This document shows, one piece after another, positions 46,715 through 62,700 of a DNA stretch of 64,000 bases; within the stretch, counting starts at the first letter, position 1; every line of letters begins with the position of its first letter. This DNA is from the human T2T-CHM13v2.0 reference genome, Homo sapiens: NCBI RefSeq assembly GCF_009914755.1, contig NC_060937.1; one strand, 5' to 3'. The notes under the pieces are model-generated. The model was not told the origin of the DNA, ran no database searches, and worked only from the letters and a program-made list of their open reading frames with translations. A program made the translations under genes and the position numbers.

Positions 46715-49700
46715 TATTTCATTCTGTACATAAAATATCAAAGTACACCAAATATATATTGTATAGTGTACATAAAATATCAAAGTACCCAAACTATACA
46801 TTATATACTGTACCTAAAATATGAAATTACATCAAATATGTATTATATTAGGTAAATAAAATATGAAAGTACAACAAATATAGATTATGTAATGTACATA
46901 AAATACCAAATAACCCCAAATATATATTTTACACTGTACATGCAATATCAAAGCTCACAAACTATATATTATATACTGTACATAAAATATCAAAGTACAG
47001 AAGGTATATATTCTATACTGTACAAAAAATATCAAAGTACCCAAAGCATGTATTAAATACTGTACATAAAATATGAAAGTACATCAAATATATATTTTAT
47101 TCTGTACATAAAATATCAAAGTACACCAAATATATATTCTATAGTGTACATAAAATATCAAAGTACCCAAACTCTACATTATATACTGTACATAAAATAT
47201 GAAATTACATCAAATCTATATAACATTAGGTACATAAAATATGAAAGTACATCAAATATAAATTATATACTGTACATAAAATACCAAAGTACCCCAAATA
47301 TATATTATATACTGTACATGAAATATCAAAGTTCACAAACTATATATTATATACTGTACATAAAATATCAAAGTACCCAAGGTATATATTCTATACTGTA
47401 CAAAAAATATCAAAGTACCCAAAGCATGTATTATATACTGTATATAAAATATGAAAGTACATCAAATATATATTTAATTGTGTACATAAAATATCAAAGT
47501 ACACCAAATATGTATTCTATAGTGTACATAAAATATCAAAGTACCCAAACTATACATTATATACTGTACATAAAATATGAAATTACATCAAATATATATT
47601 ATATTAGGTACATAAAATATGAAAGTACATCAAATATAGATTATATACTGTACATAAAATACCAAAGAACCCCAAATATATATTATATACTGTACATGAA
47701 ATATCAAAGTTCACAAACTATATATTATATACTGTACATAAAATATCAAAGTACCCAAGGTATACATTATATACTGTACACAAAATATGAAATTACATCA
47801 AATATATGTTATATTAGGTACATAAATTATGAAAGTACATCAAATATAAATTATATACTGTACATAAAATATCAAATTACCTCAAATATATATTATATAC
47901 TGTACATGAAATATCAAAGTTCACAAACTATATATTATATACTGTACATAAAATATCAAAGTACCCAAGGTATATATTCTATACTGTACAAAAAATATCA
48001 AAGTACCCAAACATGTATTATATACTGTTCATAAAATATGAAAGTACATCAAATATATATTTAATTCTGTACATAAAATATCAAAGTACACCAAATATAT
48101 ATTCTATAGTGTACATAAAATATCAAAGTACCCAAACTATACATTACATACTGTACATGAAATATGAAATTACATCAAATATATATTATATTAGTTACAT
48201 AAAATATGAAAGTACATCAAATATAGATTATACACTGTACATAAAATACCAAAGAACCCCAAATATATATTATATACTGTACATGAAATATCAAAGTTCA
48301 CAAACTATATATTATATACTGTACATAAAATATCAAAGTACCCAAGGTATATATTCTGTACTGTACAAAAAATATCAAAGTACCCAAAGCATGTATTATA
48401 TACTGTACATAAAATATGAAAGTACATCAAATATATATTTAATTCTGTACATAAAATATCAAAGTACACCAAATATATATTCTATACTGTACATAAAATA
48501 TCAAAGTACCCAAACTATACATTATATACTGTACATAAAATATGAAATTACATCAAATATATATTATATTAGGTACAGAAAATATGAAAGTACATCAAAT
48601 ATAGATTATATAATGTACATAAATCACCAAAGTACCCCAAATATATATTTTATACTGTACATGAAATATCAAACTTCAGAAACCATATATTATATACTGT
48701 ACATAAAATATCAAAGTACCCAAGGTATACATTATATACTGTACACAAAATATGAAATTACATCAAATATATGTTATATTAGGTACATAAATTATGAAAG
48801 TACATCAAATATAAATTATATACTGTACATAAAATATCAAATTACCTCAAATATATATTATATACTGTACATGAAATATCAAAGTTCACAAACTATATAT
48901 TATATACTGTACATAAAATATCAAAGTACCCAAGGTATATATTCTACACTGTACAAAAAATATCAAAGTACCCAAAGCATGTATTATATACTGTACATAA
49001 AATATGAAAGTACATCAAATATATATTTTATACTGTACATAAAATATCAAAGCACACTAAATATATATTCTATAGTGTACATAAAATATCAAAGTACCCA
49101 AACTATACATTATATACTGTACATAAAATATGAAATTACATCAAATATATATTATATTAGGTACATAAAATATGAAAGTACATCAAATATAGATTATATA
49201 CTGTACATAAAATACCAAAGTACCCCAAATACATATAATATACTGTACATGAAATATCAAAGTTCACAAACTATATATTATATACTGTACATAAAATATC
49301 AAAGTACCCAAGGTATATATTCTATACTGTACAAAAAATATCAAAGTACCCAAAGCATGTATTATATACTGTACACAAAATATGAAAGTACATCAAATAT
49401 ATATTTTATTCTGTACATAAAATATCAAAGTACACCAAATATATATTCTATAGTGTACATAAAATGTCAAAGTACCCAAACTATACATTATATACTGTAC
49501 ATAAAATATGAAATTACATCAAATATATATTATATTAGGTACATAAAATATGAAAGTACATCAAATATAAATTATATACTGTACATAAAATACCAAAGTA
49601 CCCCAAATATATATTATATACTGTACATGAAATATCAAAGTTCACAAACTATATATTATATACTGTACATAAAATATCAAAGTACCCAAGGTATATATTC

Positions 49701-52700
49701 TATACTCTACAAAAAATATCAAAGTACCCAAAGCATGTATTATATACGGTACTGAAAATATGAAAGTACATCAAATATATATTTTATTCTGTACATAAAA
49801 TATCAAAGTACCCTAAATATATATTCTATAGTGTACATAAAATATCAAAGTACCCAAACTATACATTATATACTGTACATAAAATATGAAATTACATCAA
49901 ATATATATTATATTAGGTACATAAAATATGAAAGTACATCAAAGATAGACTATATACTGTACATAAAATACCAAAGTACCCCAAATACATATTATATACT
50001 GTACATGAAATGTCAAAGTTCACAAACTATATATTATATACTGTACATAAAATATCAAAGTACCCAAGGTATATATTCTATACTGTACAAAACATATCAA
50101 AGTACCCAAAGCAAGTATTATATACTGTACATAAAATATGAAAGTACATCAAATATATATTTTATTCTGTACATAAAATATCAAAGTACACCAAATATAT
50201 ATTCTATAGTGTACATAAAATATCAAAGTACCCAAACTATACATTATAAACTGTACATAAAATATGAAATTACATCAAATATATACTATATTATGTACAT
50301 AAAATATGAAAGTACATCAAATATACATTATATACTGTATGTAAAATACCAAAGTACCCAAAATAAATATTTTATACTGTACATGCAGTATCAAAGTTCA
50401 CAAACTATATATTATATACTGTACATAAAATATCAAAGTACCGAAGGTATATATTCTATACTGTACAAAAAATATCAAAGTATCCAAAGCATGTATTATA
50501 TACTGTACATAAAATATGAAAGTACATCAAATATATATTTTATTCTGTACATAAAATATCAAAGTACACCAAATATATATTCTATAGTGTACATAAAATA
50601 TAAATGTACAAAAACTATACATTATATACTGTACATAAAATATGAAATTACATCAAATATATATTATATTAGGTACATAAAATATGAAAGTACATCAAAT
50701 ATAAATTATATACTGTACATAAAATACCAAAGAACCCCAAATATGTATTATATACTGTACATGAAATATCAAAGTTCACAAACTATATATTATATACTGT
50801 ACATAAAATATCAAAGTTCCCAAGGTATATTTTCTATACTGTACAAAAAATATCAAAGTACCCAAAGCATGTATTATATACTGTACATAAAATATGAAAG
50901 TACATCAAATATATATTTTATTCTGTACATAAAATATCAAAGTACACCAAATATATATTCTATAGTGTACATAAAATATCAAAGTACCCAAACTATACAT
51001 TATATACTGTACATAAAACATGAAATTACATCCAATATATATTATATTAGGTCCATAAAATATGAAAGTACATCAAATATAAATTATATACTGTACATAA
51101 AATACCAAAGTACCCCAAATATATATTATATACTGTACATGAAATATCAAAGTTCACAAACTATATATTATATACTGTACATAAAATATCAAAGTACCCA
51201 AGGTATATATTCTATACTGTACAAAAAATATCAAAGTACCCAAAGCATGTATTATGTACTGTACATAAAATATGAAAGTACATCAAATATATATTTTATT
51301 CTGTACATAAAATATCAAAGTACACTAAATATATATTCTATAGTGCACATAAAATATCAAAGTACCCAAACTATACATTATATACTGTACATAAAATATG
51401 AAATTACATCAAATATATATTATATTAGGTACATAAAATATGAAAGTACATCAAATATAGATTATATACTGTACATAAAATACCAAAGTACCCCAAATAC
51501 ATATTATATACTGTACATGAAATATCAAAGTTCACAAACTATATATTATGTACTGTACATAAAATATCAAAGTACCCAAGGTATATATTCTATACTGTAC
51601 AAAAAATATCAAAGTACCCAAAGCAAGTATTACATACTGTACATAAAATATGAAATTACATCAAATATATATTATATTATGTACATAAAATATGAAAGTA
51701 CATCAAATATAAATTATATACTGTACATAAAATACCAAAGTACCCCAAATATATATTATAAACTGTACATGCAATATCAAAGTTCACAAACTATATATCA
51801 TATACTGTACATAAAATATCAAAGTACCGAAGGTATATATTCTATACTGTCCAAAAAATATCAAAGTACCCAAAGCATGTATTATATACTGTACATAAAA
51901 TATGAAAGTACATCAAATATATATTTTATTCTGTACATAAAATATCAAAGTACACCAAATATATATTCTATAGTGTACATAAAATATCAAAGTACCCAAA
52001 CTATACATTATATACTGTACATAAAATATGAAATTACATCAAATATATATTATAATAGGTACATAAAATATGAAAGTACATCAAATATAAATTATATACT
52101 GTACATAAAATACCAAAGTACACCAAATATATATTATATACTGTACATGAAATATCAAAGTTCACAAACTATATATTATATACTGTACATAAAATATCAA
52201 AGTACCCAAGGTATATATTCTATACTGTACAAAAAATATCAAAGTACCCAAAGCAAGTATTACATACTGTACATAAAATATGAAATTACATCAAATATAT
52301 ATTATATTATGTACATAAAATATGAAAGTACATCAAATATAAATTATATACTGTACATAAAATACCAAAGTACCCCAAATATATATTATAAACTGTACAT
52401 GCAATATCAAAGTTCACAAACTATATATCATATACTGTACATAAAATATCAAAGTACCGAAGGTATATATTCTATACTGTCCAAAAAATATCAAAGTACC
52501 CAAAGCATGTATTATATACTGTACATAAAATATGAAAGTACATCAAATATATATTTTATTCTGTACATAAAATATCAAAGTACACCAAATATATATTCTA
52601 TAGTGTACATAAAATATCAAAGTACCCAAACTATACATTATATACTGTACATAAAATATGAAATTACATCAAATATATATTATAATAGGTACATAAAATA

Positions 52701-55700
52701 TGAAAGTACATCAAATATAAATTATATACTGTACATAAAATACCAAAGTACACCAAATATATATTATATACTGTACATGAAATATCAAAGTTCACAAACT
52801 ATATATTATATACTGTACATAAAATATCAAAGTACCCAAGGTATATATTCTATACTGTACAAAAAATATCAAAGTACGCAAAGCATGTATTATATACTGT
52901 TAATAAAATATGAAAGTACATCAAATATATATTTTATTCTGTACATAAAATATCAAAGTACCCAAACAATACATTATATACTGTACATAAAATATGAAAT
53001 TACATCAAATATATTTTATATTAGGTACATAAAATATGAAAGTACATCAAATATATATTTTATTCTGTACATAAAATATCAAAGTACACCAAATATATAT
53101 TCTATAGTGCACATAAAATATCAAAGTACCCAAACTAAACGTTATATACTGTACATAAAATATGAAATTACATCAAATATATATTACATTAGGTATATAA
53201 AATATGAAAGTACATCAAATATAGATTATATACTGTACATAAAATATCAAAGTACCCCAAATATATATTCTATACTGTATATAAAATATCAAAGTACACA
53301 AGGTATATATTCTATACTATACAAAAAATATCAAAGTACCCAAAACATGTATTATATACTCTTCATAAAATATGAAAGTACATAAAATATATATTTTATT
53401 CTGTACATAAAATATCAAAGTGCACCAAATATATATTCTATAGTGTACATAAAATATCAAAGTACCCAAACCATACATTATATACTGTACATAAAATATG
53501 AAATTACATCAAATATATATTATATTAGGTACATAAAATATGAAAGTACATCAAATATAGATTATACACTGTACATAAAATACCAAAGAATCCCAAATAT
53601 ATATTATATACTGTACATGAAATATCAAAGTTCACAAACTATATATTATATACTGTACATAAAATATCAAAGTACCCAAGGTATATATTCTATACTATAC
53701 AAAAAATATCAAAGTACCCAAAGCATGTATTATATACTGTTCAAAAAATATGAAAGTACATCAAATATATATGTTATTCTGTACATAAAATATCAAAGTA
53801 CACCAAATATATATTCTATAGTGTACATAAAATATCAAATTACCCAAACTATACATTATATACTGTACATAAAGTATGAAATTACATCAAATATATATTA
53901 TATTAGGTACATAAAATATGAAAGTACATCAAATATAAATTATATACTGTACATAAAATATCAAAGTACCCCCAATATATATTATATACTGTACATGAAA
54001 TATCAAAGTTCATAAACTATATATTATATACTGTACATAAAATATCAAAGTACACAAGCTATATATTCTATACTGTACAAAAAATATCAAAGTACCCAAA
54101 ACATGTATTATATACTGTTCATAAAATATCAAAGTACATCAAATATATATTTTATTCTGTACATAAAATATCAAAGTACACCAAATATATATTCTATAGT
54201 GTATATAAAATATCAAAGTACCCAAACTATACATTATATACTGTACATAAAGTATGAAATTACATCAAATATATATTATATTAGGTACATAAAATATGAA
54301 AGTACATCAAGTATAGATTATATACTGTACATAAAATATCAAAGTACCCCAAATATATATTATATACTGTACATGCAATATCAAAGTTCACAAACTATAT
54401 ATTATATACTGTACATAAAATATCAAAGTACTGAAGGTATATATTCTATACTGTACAAAAAATATCAAAGTATCCAAAGCATGTATTATATACTGTACAT
54501 AAAATATGAAAGTACATCAAATATATATTTCATTCTGTACATAAAATATCAAAGTACACCAAATATATATTCTATAGTGTACATAAAATATCAAAGTACC
54601 CAAACTATACATTATATACTGTACCTAAAATATGAAATTACATCAAATATGTATTATATTAGGTAAATAAAATATGAAAGTACAACAAATATAGATTATG
54701 TAATGTACATAAAATACCAAATAACCCCAAATATATATTTTATACTGTACATGCAATATCAAAGCTCACAAACTATATATTATATACTGTACATAAAATA
54801 TCAAAGTACAGAAGGTATATATTCTATACTGTACAAAAAATATCAAAGTACCCAAAGCATGTATTAAATACTGTACATAAAATATGAAAGTACATCAAAT
54901 ATATATTTTATCCTGTACATAAAATATCAAAGTACACCAAATATATATTCTATAGTGTACATAAAATATCAAAGTACCCAAACTATACATTATATACTGT
55001 ACATAAAATATGAAATTACATCAAATATATATTACATTAGGTACATAAAATATGAAAGTACATCAAATATAAATTATATACTGTACATAAAATACCAAAG
55101 TACCCCAAATATATATTATATACTGTACATGAAATATCAAAGTTCACAAACTATATATTATATACTGTACATAAAATATCAAAGTACCCAAGGTATATAT
55201 TCTATACTGTACAAAAAATATCAAAGTACCCAAAGCATGTATTATATACTGTATATAAAATATGAAAGTACATCAAATATATTTTTAATTCTGTACATAA
55301 AATATCAAAGTACACCAAATATATATTCTACAGTGTACATAAAATATCAAAGTACCCAAACTATACATGATATACTGTACATAAAATATGAAATTACATC
55401 AAATATATATTATATTAGGTACATAAAATATGAAAGTACCTCAAATATAGATTATATACTGTACATAAAATACCAAAGAACCCCAAATATATATTATATA
55501 CTGTACATGAAATATCAAAATTCAAAAACTATATATTATATACTGTACATAAAATATCAAATTACCCAAACTATACATTATATGCTGTACATAAAATATG
55601 AAATTACATCAAATATATATTATATTAGGTACATAAAATATGAAAGTACATCAAATATAAATTATATACTGTACATAAAATATCAAAGTACCTCAAATAT

Positions 55701-55910
55701 ATATTATATACTGTACATGAAATATCAAATTTCACAAACTATATATTATATACTGTACATAAAATATAAAAGTACCCAAGGTATATATTGTATACTGTAC
55801 AAAAAATATCAAAGTACCCAAAACATGTATTATATACTGTTCATAAAATATGAAAGTACATCAAATATATATTTTATTCTGTACATAAAATATCAAAGTA
55901 CACCAAATAT
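46715..55910 (+). repeat. Dispersed (non-adjacent) duplicated block: ~46715-48100 vs ~54526-55910, offset 7811 bp
   Basis: Rare markers are shared: TACCTAAAA 46811/54622, ACAACAAATATAGATTATGTAATG 46871/54682, CAAATAACCCC, AAGCTCAC, GTACAGAAGG. ORF ends 46855/54666 and ORF starts 47144/54955 share the offset. 7811 = 186x42 - 1, consistent with the single 1-bp deletion at ~48010. Confidence 0.85.
51551..52876 (+). repeat. Tandem duplication, period 630 bp (15 monomers)
   Basis: Private markers recur at +630: AAGCAAGTATTACATAC 51621/52251, TCTATACTGTCCAAAA 51841/52471, TATAATAGGT 52051/52681. Confidence 0.9.
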
Positions 55911-56696
55911 ATATTCTATAGTGTACATAAAATATAAAAGTACCCAAACTATACATTATATACTGTACATAAAATATGAAATTACAGCAAATATATATTA
56001 CATTAGGTACATAAAATATGAAAGTACATCAAATATAAATTATATACTGTACATAAAATACCAAAGTACCCCAAATATATATTATATAATGTACATGAAA
56101 TATCAAAGTTCACAAACTATATATTATATACTGCACATAAAATATCAAAGTACCCAAGGTATATATTCTATACTGTACAAAAAATATCAAAGTACCCAAA
56201 GCATGTATTATATACTGTATATAAAATGTGAAAGTACATCAAATATATATTTAATTCTGTACATAAAATATCAAAGTACACCAAATATATATTCTATAGT
56301 GTACATAAAATATCAAAGTACCCAAACTATACATTATATACTGTACATAAAATATGAAATTACATCAAATATATATTATATTAGGTACATAAAATATGAA
56401 AGTACATCAAATATAGATTATATACTGTACATAAAATACCAAAGAACCCCAAATATATATTATATACTGTACATGAAATATCAAAGTTCACAAACTATAT
56501 ATTATATACTGTACATAAAATATCAAAGTACCCAAGGTATATATTCTATACTGTACAAAAAATATCAAAGTACCCAAAGCATGTATTATATACTGTTAAT
56601 AAAATATGAAAGTACATCAAACATATATTTTATTCTGTACATAAAATATCAAAGTACACCAAATATATATTCTATAGTGTACATAAAATATCAAAT

Positions 56697-59600
56697 TACC
56701 CAAACTATACATTATATACTGTACATAAAATATGAAATTACATCAAATATATATTATATTAGGTACATAAAATATGAAAGTACATCAAATATAAATTATA
56801 TACTGTACATAATATATCAAAGTACCTCAAATATATATTATATACTGTACATGAAATATCAAAGTTCACAAACTATATATTATATACTGTACATAAAATA
56901 TCAAATTACCCAAGGTATATATTCTATACTGTACAAAAAATATCAAAGTACCCAAAGCATGTATTATATACTGTACATAAAATATGAAAGTACATCAAAT
57001 ATATATTTTATTCTGTACATAAAATATCAAAGTACACCAAATATATATTCTATAGTGTACATAAAATATCAAAGTACCCAAACTATACATTATATACTGT
57101 ACATAAAATATGAAATTACATCAAATATATATTATATTAGGTACATAAAATATGAAAGTACATCAAATATAGATTACATACGGTACATAAAATACCAAAG
57201 TACCCCAAATATATATTTTATACTGCACATGCAATATCAAACTTCACAAACTCTATATTATATACTGTACATAAAATATCAAAGTACCCAAGGTATATAT
57301 TCTATACTGTACAAAAAATATCAAAGTACCCAAAACATGTATTACATACTGTTCATAAAATATGAAGGTACATCAAATATATATTTTATTCTGTACATAA
57401 AATATCAAAGTACACCAAATATATATTCTATAGTGTACATAAAATATCAAAGTACCCAAACTATACATTATATACTGTACATAAAATATGAAATTACATC
57501 AAATATATATTATATTAGGTACATAAAATATGAAAGTACATCAAATATATATTATATACTGTACATAAAGTACCAAATTAACCCAAATACATATTATATA
57601 CTGTACATGAAATATCAAAGTTCACAAACTATATATTATATACTGTACATAAAATATCAAAGTACCCAAGGTATCTATTCTATACTGTACAAAAAATATC
57701 AAAGTACCCAAAGCATGTATTATATACTGTACATAAAATATGAAAGTACATCAAATATATATTTTATTCTGTACATAAAATATCAAAGTACACCAAATAT
57801 ATATTCTATAGTGTACATAAAATATCAAAGTACCCAAACTATACATTATATACTGTACATAAAATATGAAATTACATCAAATATATATTACATTAGGTAC
57901 ATAAAATATGAAAGTACATCAAATATAGATTATATACTGTACATAAAATATCAAAGTACCCCAAATATATATTATATACTGTACATGAAATATCAAAGTT
58001 CACAAACTATATATCGTATACTGTACATAAAATATCAAAGTACCCAAGGTATATATTCTATACTGTACAAAAAATATCAAAGTACCCAAAGCATGTATTA
58101 TATACTGTACATAAAATATGAAAGTACATCAAATATATAGTTTACTCTGTACATAAAATATCAAAGTACACTAAATATATATTCTATAGTGTACATAAAA
58201 TATCAAAGTACCCAAACTATACATTATATACTGTACATAAAATATGAAATTACATCAAATATATATTATATTAGGTACATAAAATATGAAAGTACATCAA
58301 ATATAAATTATATACTGTACATAATATATCAAAGTACCTCAAATATATATTATATACTGTACATGAAATATCAAAGTTCACAAACTATATATTATATACT
58401 GTACATAAAATATCAAATTACCCAAGGTATATATTCTATACTGTACAAAAAATATCAAAGTACCCAAAGCATGTATTATATACTGTACATAAAATATGAA
58501 AGTACATCAAATATATATTTTATTCTGTACATAAAATATCAAAGTACACCAAATATATATTCTATAGTGTACATAAAATATCAAAGTACCCAAACTATAC
58601 ATTATATACTGTACATAAAATATGAAATTACATCAAATATATATTATATTAGGTACATAAAATATGAAAGTACATCAAATATAGATTACATACGGTACAT
58701 AAAATACCAAAGTACCCCAAATATATATTTTATACTGCACATGCAATATCAAACTTCACAAACTCTATATTATATACTGTACATAAAATATCAAAGTACC
58801 CAAGGTATATATTCTATACTGTACAAAAAATATCAAAGTACCCAAAACATGTATTACATACTGTTCATAAAATATGAAGGTACATCAAATATATATTTTA
58901 TTCTGTACATAAAATATCAAAGTACACCAAATATATATTCTATAGTGTACATAAAATATCAAAGTACCCAAACTATACATTATATACTGTACATAAAATA
59001 TGAAATTACATCAAATATATATTATATTAGGTACATAAAATATGAAAGTACATCAAATATATATTATATACTGTACATAAAGTACCAAATTAACCCAAAT
59101 ACATATTATATACTGTACATGAAATATCAAAGTTCACAAACTATATATTATATACTGTACATAAAATATCAAAGTACCCAAGGTATCTATTCTATACTGT
59201 ACAAAAAATATCAAAGTACCCAAAGCATGTATTATATACTGTACATAAAATATGAAAGTACATCAAATATATATTTTATTCTGTACATAAAATATCAAAG
59301 TACACCAAATATATATTCTATAGTGTACATAAAATATCAAAGTACCCAAACTATACATTATATACTGTACATAAAATATGAAATTACATCAAATATATAT
59401 TACATTAGCTACATAAAATATGAAAGTACATCAAATATAGATTATATACTGTACATAAAATATCAAAGTACCCCAAATATATATTATATACTGTACATGA
59501 AATATCAAAGTTCACAAACTATATATCGTATACTGTACATAAAATATCAAAGTACCCAAGGTATATATTCTATACTGTACAAAAAATATCAAAGTACCCA

Positions 59601-59769
59601 AAGCATGTATTATATACTGTACATAAAATATGAAAGTACATCAAATATATAATTTACTCTGTACATAAAATATCAAAGTACACTAAATATATATTCTATA
59701 GTGTACATAAAATATCAAAGTACCCAAACTATACATTATATACTGTACATAAAATATGAAATTACATCA
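56697..59769 (+). repeat. Tandem duplication, period 1512 bp (4 x 378)
   Basis: Markers recur at +1512: AATATATCAAAGTACCTC 56811/58323, AGATTACATACGGTAC 57171/58683, TATGAAGGTA 57361/58873, ATATCGTATA 58011/59523; ORF ends are 58140/59652. Confidence 0.9.
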
Positions 59770-62700
59770 TATATATATTATATTAGGTACATAAAATATG
59801 AAAGTACATCAAATATAGATTATATACTGTACATAAAATACCAAAGTACCCCAAATACATATTATATACTGTACATGAAATATCAAAGTTCACAAACTAT
59901 ATATTATATACTGTACATAAAATATCAAAGTACCCAAGGTATATATTCTATACTGTACAAAAAATATCAAAGTACCCAAAGCAAGTATTATATACTGTAC
60001 ATAAAATATGAAAGTACATCAAATATATATTTTATTCTGTACATAAAATATCAAAGTACACCAAATATATATTCTATAGTGTACATAAAATATCAAAGTA
60101 GCCAAACTATACATTTTAAACTGTACATAAAATATGAAATTACATCAAATATACACTATATTATGTACATAAAATATGAAAGTACATTAAATATAGATTA
60201 TATACTGTACATAAAATACCAAAGTACCCCAAATATATATTATATACTGTACATGAAATATCAAAGTTCACAAACTATATATTATATACTGTACATAAAA
60301 TACCAAACTACCCAAGGTATATATTCCATACTGTACAAAAAATATCAAAGTACCCAAAGCATGTATTAAATAGTGTATATAAAATATGAAAGTACATCAA
60401 ATATATATTTAATTCTGTACATAAAATATCAAAGTAAACCAAATATATATTCTATAGTGTACATAAAATATCAAAGTACCCAAACTATACATTATATACT
60501 GTACAGAAAATATGAAATTACATCAAATATATATTATATTATGTACATAAAATATGAAAGTACATCAAATATAGATTATATACTGTACATAAAATACCAA
60601 AGAACCCCAAATATATATTATATACTCTACATGAAATATCAAAGTTCACAAACTATATATTATATACTGTACATAAAATATCAAAGTACCCAAGGTATAT
60701 ATTCTATACTGTACAAAAAATATCAAAGTACCCAAAGCATGTATTATATACTGTACATAAAATATGAAAGTACATCAAATATATATTTTGTTCTGTACAT
60801 AAAATATCAAAGTACACCAAATATATATTCTATAGTGCACATTAAATATCAAAGTACCCAAAATATACATTATATACTGTACATAAAATATGAAATTACA
60901 TCAAATATATATTATATTAGGTACATAAAATATGAAAGTACATGAAATACATATTATATACTGTACATAAAATACCAAAGTACTCCAAATACATATTATA
61001 TACTGTACATGAAATATCAAAGTTCACAAACTATATATTATATACTGTACATAAAAAATCAAAGTACCAAAGGTATATATTCTATACTGTACAACAAATA
61101 TCAAAGTACCCAAAGCATGTATTATATAATGTACATAAAATATGAAAGTACATCAAATATATATTTTATGCTGTACATAAAATATCAAAGTACACCAAAT
61201 ATATATTCTATAGTGTACATAAAATAGCAAAGTACCCAAACTATACATTATATACTGTACATAAAACATGAAATTACATCAAATATATATTATATTAGGT
61301 ACATAAAATATGAAAGTACATCAAATGTAAATTATATACTGTACATAAAATACCAAAGAACCCCAAATATATATTATATACTGTACATGAAATATCAAAG
61401 TTCACAAACTATATATTATATACTGTACATAAAATATCAAAGTACCCAAGGTATATATTCTATACTGTACAAAAAATATCAAAGTACCCAAAGCAAGTAT
61501 TATATACGGTACATAAAATATGAAAGTACATCAAATATATATTTTATTCTGTACATAAAATATCAAAGTACACCAAATATATATTCTATAGTGTACATAA
61601 AATATCAAAGTACCCCAACTATACATTATATACTGTACATAAAATATGAAATTACATCAAATATATATTATATTAGGTACATAAAATATGAAAGTACATC
61701 AAATATAAATTATATACTGTACATAAAATACCAAAGAACCCCCAATATATATTATATACTGTACATACAATATCAAAGTTCACAAACTATATATCATATA
61801 CTGTACATAAAATATCAAAGTACCGAAAGTATATATTCTATACTGTACAAAAAATATCAAAGTACCCAAAGCATGTATTATATACTGTACATAAAATATG
61901 AAAGTACATCAAATATATATTTTATTCTGTACATAAAATATCAAAGTACACCAAATATATATTCTATAGTGTACATAAAATATCAAAGTACCCAAACAAT
62001 ACATTATATCCTGTACATAAAATATGAAATTACATCAAATATATATTATATTAGGTACATAAAATATGAAAGTACATCAAATATAAATTATATACTGTAC
62101 ATAAAATACCAAAGTACCCCAAATATATATTATATACTGTACATGAAATATCAAAGTACACAAACTATATATTATATACTGTACATAAAATATCAAAGTA
62201 CCCAAGGTATATATTCTATACTGTACAAAAAATATCAAAGTACCCAAAGCATGTATTATATACTGTACATAAAATATGAAAGTACATCAAATATATATTT
62301 TATTCTGTACATAAAATATCAAAGTACACCAAATATATATTCTATAGTGTACATAAAATATCAAAGTACCCAAACTATACATTATATACTGTACATAAAA
62401 TATGAAATTACATCAAATATATATTATATTAGGTACATAAAATATGAAAGTACATCAAATATAGATTACATACGGTACATAAAATACCAAAGTACCCCAA
62501 ATATATATTTTATACTGCACATGCAATATCAAACTTCACAAACTCTATATTATATACTGTACATAAAATATCAAAGTACCCAAGGTATATATTCTATACT
62601 GTACAAAAAATATCAAAGTACCCAAAACATGTATTACATACTGTTCATAAAATATGAAGGTACATCAAATATATATTTTATTCTGTACATAAAATATCAA

